A DNA stretch of 64,000 nucleotides from Macrostomum lignano (Eukaryota), in contig NIVC01002877.1 of assembly GCA_002269645.1 (NCBI GenBank), forward strand, positions 15,777-79,776. The letters are read 5' to 3'. Of this stretch, positions 57,945 to 64,000 are shown in pieces. Position 1 is the first letter of the stretch. The number at the start of each line of letters is the position of its first letter. The position numbers were made by a program, and so were the translations under genes. The notes under the pieces were generated by a model. It saw only the letters and a program-made list of their open reading frames with translations. It had not been told where the DNA came from and searched no databases.

Positions 57945-58842
57945 GCGAGGGACGGGGTTCAAATAAACTTGATTACTGTATTAATGCAGTACTGCAGTAA
58001 TGGATTAATGCAGTACCGTAAGTTGTACGGTAGGTTCATGTGCAGTTCAGCTTTTGTTGTTGCTTTTAGGGAGAAGTCGTACGAGAAAATGGAGCAATTC
58101 CTGTACTAATTTGTAGTAGTAGTAGTTGTTGTTGTTTCTGCACAATATGTTTTACACTATATTCGAAGACATGCAAAACATGGACAGCTGCCGTATACCG
58201 TGCAAGAGAAACAAGGAATAGGAAGTTCCGTGAAGTCGTTTCAATTCTTAAAATAACGAGACGTGCAGCAGGTGAAGTAGAGTGAACAGCGGTTGGGAGC
58301 GGTGTATTTAACAGACAGTACAAGAATAGTATAAGTAACCCAAACAAAAGTTTACAGACAGTAATATTACGTAATAGTATAGGCACTTATGCACTACATA
58401 CAGCACATCGCTATATACACAATAATAACATTCTTATACTAGCTGCAGTATTCATGCCACACTATATACAACGTTGTTATATGCTAACAATATTCTTTCC
58501 TTCGAAATGCAATCTAGCCAGCAGGCCTAAAGCAGACAAAAACCAAAGCTAAGCCCCTGCACACAGGCCTACAGTGGACAGATTATGAACAGTTAATGAC
58601 TTTTCCTTTTCCCTTGTCTCTTTCATGGCCTTCCCCGTACTTCCAGATGTCACAATGCAACAAGTCAAACAAAAGCATTAAGAAGAGACAGCAGAGAGGC
58701 CGACAGCAGAAGCAGGTGATGACAGTAGTCGTCCGGAAGGCAGTTGTGGTGGCCTGGGGTCTGGCGGGACGGCTCCCCGGGCTACCCCTGCTTTGGAGGA
58801 GCTCCAACTCCTACCCGCAACCCCTGACTGCTCTTTATCTCT

Positions 58843-58843
58843 T

Positions 58844-58905
<62 letters not shown>
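58843..58905. repeat. (CT)n microsatellite
   Basis: Seen directly. Confidence 0.95.
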
Positions 58906-58907
<2 letters not shown>

Positions 58908-59551
58908 TCTTCATCCCAAGACCCAGCCGCTCTTCCCCAGACCCAGACCCGGCCACTACGGCCCCAAGACCCAAGACCCAGCCCCCATGCCTGCTGAGGC
59001 CTGTTCTAGTGCGTTACTCACTGTTGGACTTGAGGGGGCCGAGACCCCATAAATATACTAGCCTTGGGAGCCTTCGCTCCCCAAGGTTCGTCTCTCTCTG
59101 TTTGTGCCCATGCATCGGGAAGCCATTTCCCCTCTGGCGATACTGCCTTAGAATCCTACCGTGTTCCGACTTCATACACAAGTCATGAAAGCAGTCCTGC
59201 AGAACGATGGGCGCATAGGCAATCAGCCATATTTCGGATTCGTGCCCACGGAACTTCTTCAGCTCGCGCAGTGTGCGCGTTCCACGCAGTTCAACGCTAC
59301 GGAATCCGCCCTGCAGGGCAGATTCAGACCCAAGAATCTGCCCTGCACAGCAGATTCCTTTTAGGCAGAAAAAATTCAATGGAATCCGCGACGAGGTGTA
59401 CACACTGATCTACACACTTGTCCTCGTCGGAGTAAATGTGAGAATACGGGATGGACAGAAGTCGGGCTGCGGACAGTCGGAGACACTAGACATGGATTGC
59501 AGTTGTCTGACACACTTGTTCGGCAAATCTTCGGCACTTGCCGCCCGCCCA

Positions 59552-62500
59552 CTAGGCGGCGAAGGAGGTTTGCACGTGCGGGAGGAAAGCTATGTGGGTG
59601 TCAGTTACACAGCATGTGCCAAGCACGTCCACCACGGGGAGACAGAAGTGCATGCCGCCGATGTCGCCGAATGGGTTGTCGACGACGCGCTGAATGTGCC
59701 TCAGTCGGCAGCCGTCGTTCTGTGCGACGCCCGAGATGTAGTATTCCGGGTCCAGAAGGCAGACGGTACGAAGGCGACGCACCATCAGGATTGCAGTCCC
59801 GCGGGTGGGGGACCTGCGGATGGCGTCGACGCGACCGAAAGCCAGTTGGACACCGTCGTCACTGGCGGCGAAGGCGACGAAGCAGCACAGGGACCGCTGG
59901 TGCTGTAGCGCGGGCAAGTAGCGCTCAATGCGCCATCCGTTGGTCAACAGAGCCCAGCGGAACTCGTCGTCATGTAGCTTGGTGTACACCCTGGTCCCGT
60001 CGGCCATGGTCTCTTGGACACCCTGAAGGAATCCACGGGCCGCAAAGGGCGAGGCCAGGCCCAACTGGTGCATGACGGCACGCCTGCTGAATTGCCGTCT
60101 GATGGCAGAGTGCACCTGAGTGAAATGAAGGGTGGGAGGCGCCCGTTGCAAGTTAGGTAACGGTCTGATGCAGCAACGCAAGCCCTCGGAGGGGAACATG
60201 GTATCAAGGGGGAACCTTTGTAATTATATATACCACGATAACCCAGGGGGTGGGTTTCTAGTGCGATACAAGAGTGGGCATCCTGCATACGTACTGACTA
60301 CTAGTGAGTAGAATATAGAGGCGTAGATGCCATTATACTATATTTTTCTAATTAGAGAAAAGGGTCTCTCTGCGTACCTGATCACCGACGAACCTGGCGC
60401 CCTTGACGCGCGTTTTGAGGCCGTAGTGCAGAGACTCGAACAGGCCGGCGGAGGTGCGCCACACGGGTCCGAAGAGAAAGGCTGCGGGAACGAGGTGCTC
60501 ACAGACCTGGTGGGCATTGTAGGTCATGGCGGCCGGCGAAAACCCATCCTTCAGGCTGGCGTAGAATACTCGCAGGGTCTTCGCTGCACGAGTAACTTCC
60601 GTCAGCGGGCAGTTCTCCAGAGACAGCCAGAAGATGGAAGAGGACAGGAGCAGCAGTTGATTGTAATAGAACGGTCCCAGCGTGTCGCCGAGAACCATGG
60701 GCCGTACACCAACAGCCAGCACTCAAATTCGTGCCCGCGGAAGTGGCCGAGGTCCGCCAGGGTGCGAGGGCCCGCTGGTGCGACGCAGGCACTCGAATAC
60801 TGGCCGCCTTGGCGTCCACTTCAGCCACATGGCGGGACAAGTCCGGGTTCTCGGCCATCTTGTCAGGTCGCTTGCCGACGGGCAGAAAGTGCTGCCGCAG
60901 CAGCCAACCGACAACGCCGACGAGGCACTGATGGAGGTAGCAGGGCGGGCAGGAGGTGATGAAGTCGAAGCCCTGCAGCCGATGAAGAGGAGACAGCCTG
61001 ACGACGCCGAGGTTGTGGCCTGCGCCCGCCGGAATCGTGGTCGCCAGGAGGATGGTGTCCTGCAATGCCCGTACCGCGGCCGTGTGCAACCGGCGTCGGA
61101 TGCTGCTTGCAGCGCGTCGGCCGAAAGCTCGCATGGGAAAATGCGCGCATTTCCTCCGCGGTCGGCATCATGGAGAGTCACGGTGTAACAGTGATCGCAG
61201 CCGTACACTGCTGAGCAGTGCTGTAACCCAGTCACCTCAACCCTCTGAGGCGCGTCAAGCACGAAGAGGAGCGGATGGAAGCGGATGCAGCCGCCACGCG
61301 TGCCGTCTCGTCCACCACCTGTGCGGAACATAACACCCTCGATGCGAAGGCTGTTCAGCTGGGCCACCAGCCACGGCAGGAAGGCGTCCACGCTCACCTT
61401 GTTCCTGCAGGCCCACAGAGCGCAGACCACCGTGAAGCGCGCTCGCATGTGGTCGGGGACCTCATTCACGGTAAGGTACACGGGGCAGATGTTGTACACC
61501 GCCCGGCTGAACACGGAAAATGCATCGATGTTGACCGTGACCGTCAGATCTGAGCGAGCGGCCTTGTCAATGAGGTGCGTAAAGGCCGAGTATGCCGTGC
61601 TTTGCCACAAGCTCAGACCACCCGGCCGCCGCGTGACGTCCGCGGGGAAGGAGACGACCGACAACAGGCCGCAGCGCTCAATGAGCTGCCGTAGCTGGGC
61701 TCGCACATCCATCCGCCAGACCTTGGCGACGCGGTCCACTGACGAAAACTGCTTTCCGCAGGGTTCGCAGGTCAGTGGAAGGGCCTCCTCCACCAGGGGC
61801 CGGCTGCACCTAGGACAAAAAAGAAGTCGTTCGGAGCGCAGGGAGTTGCAGGACTCCAGAAACCGTCGCAGGCGGTACGGGTTGTCGGCAAACACGGCGT
61901 CTGGGGGAAGCGCGAGCTTCGTGTAAAGCAGCAGGTCCGCCGTGGCGTTTCGCGACAACTTGTGCTTCTCGGCTAGGAGCTCTCCGTACACTGCCAAAGT
62001 GGCGTATGACAGGTGCGGCATTGTGCGATGCACCGGTTGCAGAAACCCTGGCGCGATGTGAACGACGCGCGTCGTCGCCGCCATGGGCTGCCCCTTCGTC
62101 GACAGCACCGCTAGCACCGCCAGCCCCGTCGCCAGCACCGCCAGCCCCGTCGCCAGCACCGCCATCACCGTTGACACTGTCAGCGGATTCCTCGATGACG
62201 TCGTCCCATAGCGCACCCTGGCGGATGGAAGAGAAAGGGTAGGAAGGGGAGGAAGGAGGGAATCATAACTAGATTGGTTCTAGGCAGCCGATGAACATTG
62301 CGTGCTTAAGTTTGCTGAGTGCTAACTGATATTTGCAGGCAGGATCACATCAGCCACGTATACGCACGAGTGCCAGCCTTCAACAGTACAATGCAAGCCT
62401 TACGTCATCACCGTCATCATCAGACGTCGCATCGCTGGGGTCAGGACTGCGGTCGGATCCGCGGCCAGAGGCTCCATCGGAGCTGCGGTCAGACCCACGT

Positions 62501-63111
62501 TCGGAGTCGCAGTCGGATCCGCGGCCAGAGGCTCCATCGGAGCTGCGGTCAGACCCACGTTCGGAGCGCAGTCGGATCCGCGGCCAGAGGCTCCATCGGA
62601 GCTGCGGTCAGACCCACGTTCGGAGCCGCAGTCGGATCCGCGGCCAGGGCTCTATCGGAGCTGCGGTCAGACCCACGTTCGGAGCCGCAGTCGGATCCGC
62701 GGCCAGGGGCTCTATCGGAGCTGCGGTCAGACCCACGTTCGGAGCCGCAGTCGGATCCGCGGCCAGAGGCTCCATCGGAGCTGCGGTCAGACCCACGTTC
62801 GGAGCCGCAGTCGGATCCGCAGCCAGGGCTCTATCGGAGCTGCGGTCAGACCCACGTTCGGAGCCGCGGTCGGAACTGCAGTCAGAGCTAGAGCTGAAAA
62901 GCTCAGCAGGACCGTCAGATGAGGCAACACCACCGGCATCGTCCTCGTCATGGTTAGCTGCACCTTGCATCGAACTAGATGCTGCGGCTTGGCCAAACTG
63001 CAGCACACGCATGCACTTACTTGCAGCTGCAGCTGCACGCCGATCGGACCGACAGACTGCCTCCAGCTTTCTCTTACGGTCGCGCGCTTTGATATTTTTG
63101 GCAAAGTCCAT
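59552..63111 (-). pseudogene. CACTA/EnSpm-type transposase, frameshifted as assembled; exons 63111..62404, 62217..60378, 60115..59552
   Basis: Acidic N-terminus and a zinc finger (CPRC...CEPC). Motifs TVNIDAF (D), PVYLTVNEVP, LDAPQR (D), GCDHC (C2C), GVVRLSPL..LQGFDF, YLH, MTYNAHQVCEH (H-rich) and GPVWRTSAGLFES (E). Both introns are phase 0. Frameshifts lie in the 60-bp repeat and at ~62050, ~61140 and ~60760. Confidence 0.88.
62441..62873 (-). repeat. 60-bp coding tandem repeat (SDGASGRGSDCGSERGSDRS) in transposase exon 1
   Basis: About 7 units, three of them with single-base deletions. Confidence 0.85.
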
Positions 63112-63397
63112 TGCCACGAAGACTTTTGGCAGCTGGCTGAAATGCGCTAGAGGATATGCGCATGGGAGACATGTCAGATGGTATTGCGAAACTACAGCTT
63201 TAAAAAATATCCATGTTGTTGGATTGTCTTTCAAGTTGTCTAAAGCCATACGTATCATCAATACATGCTCTATGCCCCATGCTCCTATGCTCTAGATCTA
63301 TACATGCCATTAGAACACCCTTTCTACTGAGACAGTCCCAGTCCCGTTCAGGACCCAAGTGTATGATGTAAAAGCTGTATTGCATAAGTCTTACTGT

Positions 63398-63535
63398 CAA
63401 AGTCTCACAAAGTCCTACGAAGAGTCACACAAAGTCCTACAAAGTCTCACAAAGTCCTACAAAGAGTCTCACAAAGTCCTACAAAGAGTCTCACAAAGTC
63501 CTACAAAGAGTCACACAAAGTCCTACAAGGGGCTA
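63398..63535. repeat. Degenerate (CACAAAGTCCTACAAAGAGTCT)-type repeat
   Basis: Seen directly. Confidence 0.8.
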
Positions 63536-63857
63536 CAAAATCCTACAAACAGAACTACCACAAAGTCGTACAAACTGTTACAAAGTCATGTCGGTAGTAG
63601 CCTTTGCTCACAACCTGAATTCATGGCAATATCTGCTACATCTCTGTACGACTTCTATCCGCCAATGCCGTATAACGTTTGCAACAAAATCAATGAAGGG
63701 TCGCTATGAATCGAAACGTCGCATATTGAAGCGTGGGCTTTGTTGGATACTTTAGCCAATGCAGTTCCTGATTTATTTTGTGTGGGACACTTTGCCAAAA
63801 TAGCATGAAATTAGACGCATAGAAAATTAAGAGAACATGGGGACAGATAAAGACATA

Positions 63858-64000
63858 TCGACAGTGCCGACGGGTAGTGCCGACGAGCAGTGCCGACGGG
63901 TAGTGCCGACATGTCGGCACTACTGGGCAGTGCCGACGGGCAGTGCCGACGGGTAGTGCCGACATGTCGGCCTACTGGCAGTGCCGACGAGTGCCGACGG
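63858..64000. repeat. Right subterminal repeat array (inverted relative to 50267-50800)
   Basis: Repeated AGTGCCGACGGG is the reverse complement of CCCGTCGGCACT. Confidence 0.88.

Larger units (their letters stand above)
50238..64000 (-). mobile_element. Giant CACTA/EnSpm (CMC) DNA transposon, >13.7 kb, right end outside window
   Basis: Candidate left terminus CACTGCCCGATTGAAAATCGGG at 50238. A 12-bp-period TCGGCACT array at 50267-50800 is mirrored by an inverted AGTGCCGA array at 63858-64000. A CMC-type transposase, a BEN gene and an F-box gene lie between them, all on the minus strand. Confidence 0.8.

Noticed and set aside
59313-59346. 13-bp perfect hairpin downstream of the transposase, terminator-like
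   Set aside because: Intrinsic terminators are bacterial and there is no U-tract directly after the stem. Its function here is unsupported.

Overview
Eukaryotic (animal) genomic DNA, not prokaryotic. It has spliceosomal introns, neuropeptide and GPCR genes, many transposons and minisatellites. A marine lophotrochozoan such as a macrostomid flatworm is my inference and is unverified. Host-type genes: a secreted MACPF/Cys-rich/lectin-like protein (6.9-11.7 kb), an NPY/NPF-like RYamide precursor (22.8-23.4 kb), a peptide-type rhodopsin GPCR (35.2-36.5 kb), a 12-copy xxQRWSSGFamide precursor (37.6/38.6-39.3 kb), a DUF1761-like membrane protein (48.0-49.1 kb) and a poorly defined Ser-rich gene (41-43 kb). 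Mobile DNA: an internally deleted BEL/Pao LTR element with near-identical LTRs, an apparently intact Ngaro-type tyrosine-recombinase (YR) retrotransposon with split direct repeats, a second truncated Ngaro, Tc1-like, foldback and hAT MITEs, and LINE remnants. A giant (>13.7 kb) CACTA/EnSpm-type transposon runs off the right end and carries a BEN-domain gene and an intact 4-exon F-box/LRR gene. The most interesting signals are (i) a predicted three-way expression scheme in the Ngaro element (Gag; Gag-Pol by -1 frameshift; SAP-YR fusion by splicing, with the acceptor conserved in both Ngaro copies) and (ii) the F-box-carrying CACTA element. All family assignments come from motif recognition by eye. 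No searches were run.
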